A DNA stretch of 32,000 nt, from contig OW818653.1 in NCBI GenBank assembly GCA_942492995.1, positions 390,001 through 422,000 on the forward strand, in the 5' to 3' direction. The position numbers and the translations under genes were made by a program. The notes under the pieces are model-generated. The model did no database searches, was not told the DNA's origin, and saw only the letters and a program-made list of their open reading frames with translations. Of this stretch, positions 1-9,068 are shown piece after piece; position 1 is the stretch's first letter; every line of letters begins with the position of its first letter. Source of the stretch: an uncultured Erysipelotrichaceae bacterium (GTDB lineage: Bacteria; Bacillota_I; Bacilli_A; Erysipelotrichales; Erysipelotrichaceae).

Positions 1-530
1 AGATTATCTTTTCCATGGGTTAGGGATTGAACATCATCCCATGCGACTAAACTATTTCTAAATGTTTTATTTAACTTAGTTGATATAAATATACCTAAAT
101 ACTCAACACCTAAACGACGCATTAATCCTCTAAATCCGATATCAACTGCGATTAATACCCATTTACCATCAACTAATGCGATACGTACATCATTTACGCG
201 TTCTACTTTCTTACCCTCTATATCGATGATTTGTTTATCTAAGAAATCACGTGCTAAGAATACATCCGTTTCTGGGATTGGTACAAATGATAAATTTTGT
301 GAGTTTAGTTTAATATGATAGCGTTCTTTATTATCATGCGTTACGACAAGTGATTGCATCATGATAAAAAAGTCGCGTTTACCATTTTTTACGACAATGG
401 CTCGTACGACTGGTAATGGTAAACTAAAATCAACGACTAAGTCGTGTAGATTACCTATGATTGAATTATCAATGTTGTAGATATGTTTGTACAATATCTT
501 ACTAAAAAAGAAATGTGTGGATGTGATCAT
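1..530 (-). CDS. N-terminal part of a PRC-barrel / MgtE-N-CBS-type protein (open at left window edge)
   Basis: Absent from the ORF track because it runs off the edge. Reverse-strand ATG at 528-530 is preceded by AAGGAG (complement of 536-541). It translates MITSTHFFFSKILYKHIYNIDNSIIGNLHDLVVDF...DKQIIDIEGKKVERVNDVRIALVDGKWVLIAVDIGFRGLMRRLGVEY with no stop down to position 1. The GxxVxRVNDxxxxxxxxxWxLxxVDxG pattern recalls PRC-barrel N-termini; the family call is from memory only. Confidence 0.45.
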   Translation of the reverse strand, partial: MITSTHFFFSKILYKHIYNIDNSIIGNLHDLVVDFSLPLPVVRAIVVKNGKRDFFIMMQSLVVTHDNKERYHIKLNSQNLSFVPIPETDVFLARDFLDKQIIDIEGKKVERVNDVRIALVDGKWVLIAVDIGFRGLMRRLGVEYLGIFISTKLNKTFRNSLVAWDDVQSLTHGKDN

Positions 531-754
531 GATTGCTCCTTAAATAGGAACAATCACCCTGAATAGTTCCTAATTATTTATCCATTTTGGATGGAATGAT
601 TAAATTTTTACGATACTGGTTCAGGTCTATGTCCATATAGTTATCTCCATGCTAGTTTATTTTAGTCTTTTATCAATAATATTTCCACATATTTCGAATT
701 AATTAAGTATTATCAACTTTTTACATTAGTTTATTAACTTCGAATCCATTTCAG

Positions 755-783
755 TTGACAAAAATCATTGAAATAATTAAACT
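755..783 (+). promoter_or_regulatory. sigma-A type promoter of the thrS leader
   Basis: TTGACA at 755-760, a 17-nt spacer, then TAAACT at 778-783, directly upstream of the T-box leader. Confidence 0.55.
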
Positions 784-789
784 ACTACT

Positions 790-1000
790 ATAGCCAAAGC
801 TTAAGACATGATGTTAAGTATTTCGTTAAGAGAGAAAGTGGTTGGTGTAAACTTTCCTTAATGCTTAATTATTACCACTTGAGGGGTGAATCTTAGAAAA
901 GATTCCGTTTAGTCAACGTTAACGATGAAGTGCAAGGCTTATATAGCTTTGAATTAAGGTGGTACCGCGAACTCTCGTCCTTTGGATGGGAGTTTTTTGT
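790..1000 (+). promoter_or_regulatory. T-box riboswitch leader, threonine specifier (ACC)
   Basis: Canonical T-box sequence AATTAAGGTGGTACCGCGA at 952-970. Stem I elements AGAGA (about 830) and GGTGTAA (844-850). Candidate specifier ACC at 874-876 followed by the conserved purine A877. Terminator hairpin AACTCTCGTCC/GGATGGGAGTT plus a T-run at 970-999, whose 5' arm overlaps the T-box and so allows antiterminator competition. It sits upstream of thrS. Confidence 0.85.
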
Positions 1001-1020
1001 TTCTAAAAAGGAGAAAGAAA

Positions 1021-2751
1021 ATGATTAATGTAAAAGAGAATGCTGAATTAAATGTATTGAATCATTCATGTGCACATTTAATGGCGCAAGCGATTAAACG
1101 TATACATCCCCATGCTTTATTTTGGGTAGGACCTGTAATTACAGAAGGGTTTTATTATGACATTGATTTAGGTGATACAGTTTTAAGTGAAAGTGATTTC
1201 CCTAAGATTGAGGCTGAAATGAAGAAGATTTCTAAAGATGGTAAACGTATTATTCGTGAAGAAATCTCTAAAGAAGAAGCGTTAGAACGTTTTAAGAATG
1301 ATCCATATAAATTAGATCTAATTAATAATATGGAAGGTGTCACAATCACTACATTCAAACAAGGTGAATTTGAAGATTTATGTCGTGGACCACATGTTGA
1401 AAGTGTTAAAGAATTAAAGTTCTATAAACTACTTAAAGTATCCGGTGCTTATTGGAAGGGTGATGCCAACAATAAGATGTTACAACGCGTATACGGTATT
1501 TGTTTCGATACTCAAGAGGCTTTGGATCAACACCTATATTTACTTGAAGAAGCGAAGAAACGTGACCATAAGAAGCTAGGCAAAGAATTAGGCTTATTCA
1601 TGATGAGTGAATTTGGCCCTGGATTCCCATTCTGGTTGGATAAAGGGATGATTCTACGTAATATCTTAGAAAACTTCTGGTATGAAGAACATACTAAAGA
1701 AGGCTACCAATTCATTAAGACACCGATTATGTTGTCTCAAGAACTATGGGAAGTATCAGGTCACTGGTTCAACTATAAAGAAAATATGTATATCTCAGAT
1801 GTGGATGATCGTCAATTTGCGATTAAACCAATGAACTGTCCAGGTGGAATGTTAGTGTATAAGAATGATTTACATTCCTATAAAGATCTTCCATTAAGAG
1901 TTGGAGAACTTGGTTTAGTTCATCGTCATGAAGCATCGGGCGCATTGAATGGTTTATTCCGTGTTCGTACATTTACACAAGATGATGCACATCTATATAT
2001 GACTCCTGATCAAGTTGAAGGCGAAATCGTACGATTAATCGCGTTCTTTGATCGCATCTATAAACTATTTAATCTTAGTTACACAATTGAGTTATCAACT
2101 CGCCCTGAAGAAAAATACATTGGTTCAATTGAAGTATGGGATGAATCAGAACGCATCTTAGAATCCGCATGTAAGAAATCTGGACATACTGTAAAAGTAA
2201 ATCCAGGTGATGGGGCATTCTATGGTCCAAAACTTGATTTCCATCTCCAAGATTCTCTAGGTAGAGCTTGGCAATGTGGCACAATCCAATTGGATATGAA
2301 CTTACCTGAACGTTTTGATTTAACCTACGTTGATAGTGATGGTTCTAAGAAACGTCCGATTATGTTACACCGTGTTATCTTCGGATCTGTTGAACGTTTC
2401 ATTGGTATCTTAATTGAACACTATGCTGGGGCTTTCCCACTATGGTTATCACCTGATCAAGTTCGTATATTACCAGTTAACGCTGAATTCCATCACGATT
2501 ATGCACTTCAACTTAAAGAGAAATTAGTTGAGGCTGGATTAAGAGTAGAAGTTGATGAACGTAATGAAAAACTTGGTTACCGTTTACGTGAAGCGCAAAT
2601 GAAGAAAATACCTGTACAACTTGTAATTGGGGATGGTGAAGTTGAAAATGGATCCGTTAATGTACGTCGTTATGGTTCACAAGCAACTGAGTCTCTAAGT
2701 ATTCAAGATTTGATTGATTCTCTTGTAAAAGAAGTGAAAGAAAAACGTTAA
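1021..2751 (+). CDS. thrS: threonyl-tRNA synthetase, short form lacking the N-terminal TGS domain
   Basis: ATG at 1021 lies 8 nt after GGAG. The track start at 982 (TTG) lies inside the T-box terminator. Editing-domain motif HSCAHLMAQA is at residues 16-25. Class II core motifs include FRVRTFTQDDAH and GTIQLD, plus a C-terminal anticodon-binding domain. The product is 576 aa. Confidence 0.95.
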   Translation: MINVKENAELNVLNHSCAHLMAQAIKRIHPHALFWVGPVITEGFYYDIDLGDTVLSESDFPKIEAEMKKISKDGKRIIREEISKEEALERFKNDPYKLDLINNMEGVTITTFKQGEFEDLCRGPHVESVKELKFYKLLKVSGAYWKGDANNKMLQRVYGICFDTQEALDQHLYLLEEAKKRDHKKLGKELGLFMMSEFGPGFPFWLDKGMILRNILENFWYEEHTKEGYQFIKTPIMLSQELWEVSGHWFNYKENMYISDVDDRQFAIKPMNCPGGMLVYKNDLHSYKDLPLRVGELGLVHRHEASGALNGLFRVRTFTQDDAHLYMTPDQVEGEIVRLIAFFDRIYKLFNLSYTIELSTRPEEKYIGSIEVWDESERILESACKKSGHTVKVNPGDGAFYGPKLDFHLQDSLGRAWQCGTIQLDMNLPERFDLTYVDSDGSKKRPIMLHRVIFGSVERFIGILIEHYAGAFPLWLSPDQVRILPVNAEFHHDYALQLKEKLVEAGLRVEVDERNEKLGYRLREAQMKKIPVQLVIGDGEVENGSVNVRRYGSQATESLSIQDLIDSLVKEVKEKR

Positions 2752-3662
2752 TGAAAAAACTATTTATAATTTTATCTGTATTTCTATTCGTCGCATGTCA
2801 AGCTAAACCATTAGAATGGGAAAGCCTATCAATCGTATCACCTAAAGGTGCTCCAGCACTCTCACTTGTACCGCTTATTCAAGAAAATAAAGATTCAATT
2901 GAATTTGTGGACGGCACAGATATCATTAGTGCAGAGCTTGTTAAGGGTGAGAAAGATGTAATTATTGCGCCAGTTAATTTAGGCGCCGCATTAAGCAAAA
3001 AAGATAGTAATCCGTATCGTTTATATGGCATTGTGACATGGGGTAACTTATACCTTGTCTCGAATGCGGATATTCAACTTGTAAATGATGAACCAATTGC
3101 ACTATTTGGTGAACAAGCTGTACCGGGTCTTGTATTTAATTCGGTAAAGGATCAATTAGATGTAAGTGTCATTTCTACAGCGTTTAATGCGGTGACTGAT
3201 GTACAAGGTCAATTGATTTCTAAATCATTTAATTTAGGGCTAATGGCTGAACCACTTGTGACTGCGACAATCGCAAAAGCGAAAACGTTAGAAACCCCAT
3301 TGAATTTATCTGTTTACGCTGATTTACAAGCTCTATGGTTAGAAAAGACAGGATTTGAAAATTATCCTCAAGCCGCTATCTACATCAAAGCTGATATTAG
3401 TGAAGATAAACTTAAACAAGTGAATGCACGATTAGAACTCATGATGGCATATAACATGCAAGTGAATGATGATCCAAGTGTCCTAGAAACGGATATTGAT
3501 GAAACATTATCAACCACATTAGGAGTTCCTGCGAGTAAGATTCTTGTACAAGCATGGGATCGTATGAATGTGAATGTAGTGAAGGCTGATGAGAATAAAG
3601 AGGCTATTGAAGCGTTTTTAGAACTATTCAAACTTAATGGATTGGAAAACTTATATTACTAA
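2751..3662 (+). CDS. lipoprotein, periplasmic-binding-protein-like (putative ABC substrate-binding component)
   Basis: Signal peptide with lipobox MKKLFIILSVFLFVAC. The ATG overlaps the thrS stop (TAATG at 2749-2753). Size and alternating pattern resemble type II solute-binding proteins; substrate unknown. Confidence 0.6.
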   Translation: MKKLFIILSVFLFVACQAKPLEWESLSIVSPKGAPALSLVPLIQENKDSIEFVDGTDIISAELVKGEKDVIIAPVNLGAALSKKDSNPYRLYGIVTWGNLYLVSNADIQLVNDEPIALFGEQAVPGLVFNSVKDQLDVSVISTAFNAVTDVQGQLISKSFNLGLMAEPLVTATIAKAKTLETPLNLSVYADLQALWLEKTGFENYPQAAIYIKADISEDKLKQVNARLELMMAYNMQVNDDPSVLETDIDETLSTTLGVPASKILVQAWDRMNVNVVKADENKEAIEAFLELFKLNGLENLYY

Positions 3663-3685
3663 AGGCTCATTGAGCCTTTTCTTTT
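3661..3685 (+). terminator. intrinsic terminator of the thrS-lipoprotein operon
   Basis: AAAGGCTCA/TGAGCCTTT hairpin followed by TCTTTT. Confidence 0.7.
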
Positions 3686-3728
3686 GGTTAGTTTTCACTT
3701 ATAATCACTCTATTAAAAAGGAGTTTAT

Positions 3729-4268
3729 ATGCGTCCCATAAAACGAATGATTGTTATTTCGCTACTTGCGGCTGTACTTTCTATATCTGCTTATATTTCA
3801 ATTCCGCTTCCTTTCTCAACGATACCATTTACCTTACAAAGTCTTTTCCTAATGGTTATCGCATTAAGTATGCCAATATCCATTTCTTTCCCTACAGTTG
3901 GCTTATATCTATTACTTGGCGCAATTGGTTTACCAGTGTTCTCAAATGGTACATCAGGTTTAACTGTTCTATTTGGTCCAACTGGTGGATATCTCTTCGG
4001 TTTCTTGTTCGCAACTATCATTATTGGGTTTATTAAAGATAAACTCGAATATTACTTTGGCTATTTATTTGCGGCATTAATTGGTGGCGTTGGTGTCGTT
4101 TATTTGTTTGGAGTTCTTGGTTTGATGTATATACTTGGGGCTAGTTTTGATAAAGCGATAGCGATCGGAGTTATTCCATTCTTACCATTTGATTTAGCTA
4201 AAGTATTTATTTCATCCGCATTTGTATATCGTTATCGTAGCGTATTTAATCGGATACTGAAAAAGTAA
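3729..4268 (+). CDS. bioY: biotin transporter BioY (ECF S-component)
   Basis: 179-aa polytopic membrane protein with the BioY-type pattern YISIPLPFSTIPFTLQSLFLM...GPTGGYLFGF. RBS AAAGGAG upstream. Confidence 0.85.
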   Translation: MRPIKRMIVISLLAAVLSISAYISIPLPFSTIPFTLQSLFLMVIALSMPISISFPTVGLYLLLGAIGLPVFSNGTSGLTVLFGPTGGYLFGFLFATIIIGFIKDKLEYYFGYLFAALIGGVGVVYLFGVLGLMYILGASFDKAIAIGVIPFLPFDLAKVFISSAFVYRYRSVFNRILKK

Positions 4269-4290
4269 CGGCGTATAAAGATTAAAAGAT

Positions 4291-4322
4291 AAAGAGGTTC
4301 AATTAACTTAAACCTCTTTTTA
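4291..4322 (+). terminator. intrinsic terminator after bioY
   Basis: AAAGAGGTT (4291-4299) pairs with AACCTCTTT (4311-4319) and is followed by a T-run. Confidence 0.7.
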
Positions 4323-4358
4323 TTTTATTATTAATATGTAAATGACCGATAGGTAGGG

Positions 4359-4382
4359 AAAAACCGTGAAAACGGTTTTTTT
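4359..4382. terminator. second short hairpin with A/T runs on both sides, possible bidirectional terminator
   Basis: AAAAACCGT GAAA ACGGTTTTTTT. The stem is short and lies 180 nt downstream of the minus-strand GNAT gene. Confidence 0.45.
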
Positions 4383-4560
4383 CGTTACTAACTAAATTTT
4401 TTAGTTTATTGTTTATAATGTTTTTGATCAGATGATGATTTAATAACCGCAAGTTTAGAATTATATAAACGAAATAGAATTTCAAGATATTATTATAATT
4501 AACTAAGTTTCTTATTCATGCAAAATAATTAATTTTGATTTAAGCGTATTTAATTCAATT

Positions 4561-5061
4561 TTACCCAATTTCTTTCATCATCCATACAATATCTCGCCAT
4601 TCATTGAACTTAAATCCAATCTTTGGGAAATGACCGACTGTTGTGAACCCGAATTTAGAATGGAAATTAATACTCTTAGGATTAGGGAATGTAATACACG
4701 CAAGCATATTCACAATATGCTTGTTTTTTAATGCTTGTTCAAGCTCAACATAAAGTGCTTTTCCGATTCCATGACCATGTTCTTCATGTTTAACATAGAC
4801 CGTAGTTTCAACAGACCAATCATATGCGGCGCGTTCTTTATAAGCTGTCGCATAGGCATATCCAACAATTTCTGAATCGATTGTGGCGACTAAATACGGA
4901 TATTTCTTTGTGATTTTCTGAATTCTCTCACTAAATTCTTCAATACTTGGCACATCGTATTCAAATGTAATTGATGTATTTAAAACATAATAGGCATATA
5001 TTTTAACTAATTCTTGCGCATCATTAAGGTTTACAGGTCTAATTAGAATGGTTTTGTTCAT
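4561..5061 (-). CDS. GNAT N-acetyltransferase, phosphinothricin/YncA-like
   Basis: 166 aa. N-terminus IRPVNLNDAQELVKIYAYYVLNTSITFEYDVPSIEEFSERI is typical of PAT/YncA-type GNATs. The HGHGIGKALY acetyl-CoA loop is present. Confidence 0.85.
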   Translation of the reverse strand: MNKTILIRPVNLNDAQELVKIYAYYVLNTSITFEYDVPSIEEFSERIQKITKKYPYLVATIDSEIVGYAYATAYKERAAYDWSVETTVYVKHEEHGHGIGKALYVELEQALKNKHIVNMLACITFPNPKSINFHSKFGFTTVGHFPKIGFKFNEWRDIVWMMKEIG

Positions 5062-5165
5062 ATCGTTCTCGATTCACTTGTTTAATATTATACTCAAAAT
5101 ATTTGACTTATACATGTATATTTTGTAATCCTATGTTAAAATCAAAAGGACTAAAGAGGTAACGT

Positions 5166-5822
5166 ATGCAAGCGATTATGGAATCTTTGTTTGATGTTTT
5201 ATATTTAGGTACAGTAACTTACTTAGGCGTACAAATGGTTGTAGGTTCTAAACGTAATAAATTCTTCCGTATTTTTGGCGTAATGGCTATTATTCTTGGA
5301 TTTGGGGATGCGTTTCATCTTATTCCTAGAATGATTGCTTTATGGGGTGAAGGAGTAGAAGCTCATGCGTTCGCATTGGGGTTCGGTAAACTTGTCACTT
5401 CATTCACCATGACGATTTTCTATGTTATTTTATATCATATTTGGGCAATGTATTATAATGTTCGTGCCACAAAGCTACTAACATGGTCAGTTTATATTCT
5501 TGCGATTATTCGTATCGCATTACTGTTCTTCCCACAGAATGATTGGTTTAGTATTAATTCACCGTTAAGTTGGGGAATTTATCGTAATATACCATTCGCT
5601 ATTTTAGGTGTATTGATCATCGTTTTATTCTATCGTGAATCAAAAGATATGCATGATCAAGTATTTAAGTACATGTGGTTGGCGATTACACTAAGCTTTG
5701 CGTTCTATATTCCTGTTGTCTTATGGGCAGATACATATCCACTCGTGGGCATGTTGATGATTCCAAAGACCTGTGCTTATGTATGGATGGTATGGATGGG
5801 ATATTCAGAATTTAAAAAATAA
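5166..5822 (+). CDS. polytopic membrane protein of unknown function (about 7 predicted TM segments)
   Basis: 218-aa ORF with RBS AAAGAGG about 8 nt upstream and seven hydrophobic stretches. I recognise no motif. Confidence 0.6.
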   Translation: MQAIMESLFDVLYLGTVTYLGVQMVVGSKRNKFFRIFGVMAIILGFGDAFHLIPRMIALWGEGVEAHAFALGFGKLVTSFTMTIFYVILYHIWAMYYNVRATKLLTWSVYILAIIRIALLFFPQNDWFSINSPLSWGIYRNIPFAILGVLIIVLFYRESKDMHDQVFKYMWLAITLSFAFYIPVVLWADTYPLVGMLMIPKTCAYVWMVWMGYSEFKK

Positions 5823-5828
5823 CTTAAA

Positions 5829-5851
5829 ATTGTACACGAAAAGTGTACAAT
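5829..5851 (+). other. perfect 9-bp hairpin / TGTACA-containing palindrome between two genes
   Basis: ATTGTACAC GAAAA GTGTACAAT. Only a weak T tract follows (ATTTGTAT), so this may be a weak terminator, an attenuator or an operator. Confidence 0.4.
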
Positions 5852-5873
5852 ATTTGTATAAGGAGGATTCTTT

Positions 5874-6392
5874 ATGACAATCATTCAAAGAGTTATCCCC
5901 AGTTATACTGAAGCTGATAATGTGACAGGTTGTTGTCCAGTATTTCATCCAGATTTTTACGATAATAAAGTATTTGATTTAAGTGATTATCAGTTTATTA
6001 AAGATTCTACACTTAGTTTTATGCATATACCGCTTAATATGGATCGTGTTTTTACACGTGTTATGCAAGCGATTGATCAGTCTAAACAAGCGTATGATGA
6101 TCGTTATTTAATTTTATCGCGTGATATGGGTCCATTTAAGTCGAATCATTATTTCCTTACTAAAGGTGATGTGGAAGGCTATAAAAAAGAGAAAATTGAA
6201 GGACATTATTATGCGAAAGTCTATGATGGTGAGTTTAAGGATATTGAACATTGGTTCAAAGACTTTAACCAGAGTATGACGAAGCAGGGTCATCCATTAA
6301 ATGATTTATATGTGTTTTATACTACTTGTCCGAATTGTGCAAAAGTATATGGTCATAATTATGTAGTTCTATTTGGGAAAATAAACGACTAA
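5874..6392 (+). CDS. conserved hypothetical protein with N-terminal CC and C-terminal CPxC
   Basis: 172-aa ORF with strong RBS AAGGAGG. Cysteines occur only at CCPVFHP and CPNCAKVYGHNY, a possible metal site. I am unsure of the family. Confidence 0.6.
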   Translation: MTIIQRVIPSYTEADNVTGCCPVFHPDFYDNKVFDLSDYQFIKDSTLSFMHIPLNMDRVFTRVMQAIDQSKQAYDDRYLILSRDMGPFKSNHYFLTKGDVEGYKKEKIEGHYYAKVYDGEFKDIEHWFKDFNQSMTKQGHPLNDLYVFYTTCPNCAKVYGHNYVVLFGKIND

Positions 6393-6393
6393 T

Positions 6394-7020
6394 ATGGGGA
6401 GCTATAAAGCTGTAATATACGATATTGATGGGACACTTTTAGACACGCTTAAAATGAATATGGTCCCGTTATTAAAAATCCTTCATGAAGAAGGGTTAAC
6501 CGATTTGAAGTATGAATCTATTCTAAAATACGCATCGTATCCTGGAAGAAAAGTATTGGATGAATTAAAGATATCGAATCCAGATGATGTGTATCTAAGA
6601 TGGGTTCAATATGTAAATGCATATGAAGAAGGCGCAACACTGTACCCAGGGATTGTAGAACTCTTAAAAGAAGTAGAATTATTAGGAATTAGACAGGCTG
6701 TAGTGAGTGCTAAAACAATGAATCAATATCGTATTGATTTTGTGGCTAAAGGCTTAGATTCATTCATGGAGTGTCGTGTCCTTGCGGATGATACATTTAA
6801 GCATAAACCAGATCCTGAACCATTGTTAAAGTGTTTGAGTTTACTAAATCTAACAAATAATGAGGTTTGTTATATTGGGGATGCATACTCAGATTATCTA
6901 GCGTCTAATGCGGCTGGAATTGACTTTATTTATGCGAAATGGAATGGATTAATCGATGATAGAATCCAAGCTAAAATTGAATTAAATCATCCATTAGAGT
7001 TAATTGAAGTACTTATTTAA
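6394..7020 (+). CDS. HAD-superfamily phosphatase (phosphoglycolate phosphatase-like subfamily IA)
   Basis: Motif I is DIDGTLLDT. VSAK (motif II-like) and GDAYSDYLAS (motif IV) are present. It starts 2 nt after the previous stop. Confidence 0.85.
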   Translation: MGSYKAVIYDIDGTLLDTLKMNMVPLLKILHEEGLTDLKYESILKYASYPGRKVLDELKISNPDDVYLRWVQYVNAYEEGATLYPGIVELLKEVELLGIRQAVVSAKTMNQYRIDFVAKGLDSFMECRVLADDTFKHKPDPEPLLKCLSLLNLTNNEVCYIGDAYSDYLASNAAGIDFIYAKWNGLIDDRIQAKIELNHPLELIEVLI

Positions 7021-7042
7021 AACAGGGAAACCTGTTTTTTTA
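7020..7042 (+). terminator. intrinsic terminator
   Basis: AAACAGG GAAA CCTGTTTTTTT. Confidence 0.8.
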
Positions 7043-7146
7043 TAAATCATAGTAATTGAGTTAATTTTTTCACAAAAAGAATTGATAATTTATGCATAGA
7101 GGCATAAACTAAAAAATAGTGGAATATCGTATGAAAGGGAAATAAT

Positions 7147-8214
7147 ATGCTGTGTCCAAGCTGTGGATTAGAACAAGAAGGTAAGTTTTGTCGTAATTGT
7201 GGGAAAGATCTTACAATTAAGAAGAGTGAAGCGAATGCGGTGTTTGATGAAGTAATTGATCATTTCAAAGAGTTTAAAGAATCGAAGGGTCAAAATGCTT
7301 TAAAGGTTAGAGATTTATTTACCTCTGTGTTTGAAAAACATACTAAAGAAGATTCTGAAAAACTCCTCATTACCGGCACATCCTTTACCACTCCAGATGA
7401 ATCTGAAATATCCAGTTCTTGGCCAAAACCATGGTTGTACTCAAGAATATTTGTGATGTTGGGATTAACTTGTGTATTCTTGTATCTTTGTACGATGACT
7501 TTTTATAATGAAAATACGATTCCAGGTTTGATTTTTATGGGATCAATCACCATGCCATTTACGTTGGTTATATTCTTCTGGGAGGCTAATGCGCCGCGTA
7601 ATATTAGTTTATTTGATGTGATTAAAATGTTCTTTATTGGTGGTGTTGGTTCATTACTGATGACGATTTTCTTGTTTGAGTTTATCTCGCCCGGATATGA
7701 AATGACATTCTTTTCCGCAATCATTATTGGTGTTGTGGAAGAAGTTGGTAAGTTAATTATTGTCGCATTCTTTATTAAATCGATGAAGCCTAAATATATT
7801 CTAAATGGTTTACTAATTGGGGCCGCAATAGGGGCAGGATTCGCATCCTTTGAATCTGCTGGTTACGCATTAAGAGTAGCACTTAATGGTGGTGGTTTAG
7901 AAGGCATGTTAGATGTGATTTATCTAAGAGGTATCTTAGCAGCTGGAGGACATATTGTATGGGCTGCGATATCTGGTGCCGCAATTTGCTTAGTCACAAA
8001 AAATAAAGTCTTTGATTATAATGTGTTGGGTTCACAAGATTTCTTGAAGTTATTCGCAGTACCCGTTATATTACATGCGATTTGGGATATGCCAATTTAT
8101 CTTCTTACCGAAATCTATTTCATTCCTGTAGTATTAACAATCATCGCTTGGGTGTTTATTCTAGTTCTGATTAATTCTGGACTAAAACAAATTTCTGAAA
8201 TATCACCAAATTAA
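7147..8214 (+). CDS. PrsW-family intramembrane protease with N-terminal zinc ribbon
   Basis: CPSCG...CRNCG zinc ribbon at the N-terminus. PrsW/CPBP-like motifs are EEVGK, FASFESAGY, GGHIVWAA and HAIWD within a polytopic region. Confidence 0.8.
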   Translation: MLCPSCGLEQEGKFCRNCGKDLTIKKSEANAVFDEVIDHFKEFKESKGQNALKVRDLFTSVFEKHTKEDSEKLLITGTSFTTPDESEISSSWPKPWLYSRIFVMLGLTCVFLYLCTMTFYNENTIPGLIFMGSITMPFTLVIFFWEANAPRNISLFDVIKMFFIGGVGSLLMTIFLFEFISPGYEMTFFSAIIIGVVEEVGKLIIVAFFIKSMKPKYILNGLLIGAAIGAGFASFESAGYALRVALNGGGLEGMLDVIYLRGILAAGGHIVWAAISGAAICLVTKNKVFDYNVLGSQDFLKLFAVPVILHAIWDMPIYLLTEIYFIPVVLTIIAWVFILVLINSGLKQISEISPN

Positions 8215-8234
8215 AAATCCCGAAAGGGATTTTA
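8213..8234. terminator. bidirectional terminator between convergent genes
   Basis: AAAATCCC GAAA GGGATTTT overlaps both stop codons. Confidence 0.7.
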
Positions 8235-9068
8235 TTTATGTTTAATGAAAGTTCCTTCGCGTAATTCTTTAAATGCTAAAGCGAGCTCTTCTTTTGTGTT
8301 CATCACAATCGGTCCACCAAACGCTACGGGTTCGTTTAATGGTAATCCTTCAAACCATAAGAAACGTGAATCTGATATCGCTTTAAGCTCTACTTTCGTA
8401 CCATAATCTAACAATACGGCAGAACACTTTGGTAATACGGCATGATCTTCCATATTCATTAATTCACTGTTAAATGTGTATAAAAATAGTGTAGAATCTG
8501 GACTAATATCAAGTGTAAATAGTTCATCTTTGTTTAATGTGATATCTAATATTCGTGCTTGTATATACTTTGGTTGAATCTTAGGACTAACTCCATCAAC
8601 TGATCCAGATATAACACGAATCGTATAACCATCTTTGATAATTGGTTGAACATGGTCTTCAAGAATATCCCAATACGCAGGTTCACACAACTTGTCCTTT
8701 TGCGGTAGATTAATCCAAAGTTGTAGACCAAGCATACGTGGTGCGGGTTGTGGCATTTCTTGATGGATAATCCCAGATCCTGCAGTCATCCATTGCGCTT
8801 GACCATCACGTATAACACCTTTATTCCCTAAACTATCTTGATGTTCAATGATTCCGTGAATCAGATACGTAAATGTTTCAATACCACGATGAGGATGGAA
8901 AGGGAAGCCGGCAATGTAATCACTTGGGTTTGTGGAATCAAACGCATCTAACATTAAGAAAGGATCCACATCACTAACATCCTGTGAACCAATTACACGT
9001 GTTAGTTTCACTCCAGCCCCATCTGAGGTTTGAAAGCCTTGTATAACGCGTTTTACATGTCGTTTCAT
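8232..9068 (-). CDS. pirin-family protein (YhhW/quercetinase-like bicupin)
   Basis: The FPFHPHRGIETFTYLIHG...H.D cupin metal motif and the 278-aa length are typical of pirins. Confidence 0.9.
   Translation of the reverse strand: MKRHVKRVIQGFQTSDGAGVKLTRVIGSQDVSDVDPFLMLDAFDSTNPSDYIAGFPFHPHRGIETFTYLIHGIIEHQDSLGNKGVIRDGQAQWMTAGSGIIHQEMPQPAPRMLGLQLWINLPQKDKLCEPAYWDILEDHVQPIIKDGYTIRVISGSVDGVSPKIQPKYIQARILDITLNKDELFTLDISPDSTLFLYTFNSELMNMEDHAVLPKCSAVLLDYGTKVELKAISDSRFLWFEGLPLNEPVAFGGPIVMNTKEELALAFKELREGTFIKHK

Noticed and set aside
982-1020. Track start of thrS at TTG 982
   Set aside because: Position 982 lies inside the T-box terminator hairpin. ATG 1021 has a proper GGAG SD.
3686-3728. BirA operator upstream of bioY
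   Set aside because: I could not find a convincing inverted repeat of the BirA-box type in the 43-nt spacer.
4303-4485. 60-aa minus-strand ORF in the bioY-GNAT spacer
   Set aside because: It spans two terminator hairpins, is low-complexity Asn/Lys/Ile-rich, and has no SD.
5166-5822. Idea that the 7-TM protein with a Lys in TM7 is a microbial rhodopsin
   Set aside because: There is no DxxxK context in the last helix, no RYxDW-type helix-3 motif, and it is about 30 aa shorter than typical rhodopsins. This is treated as coincidence.
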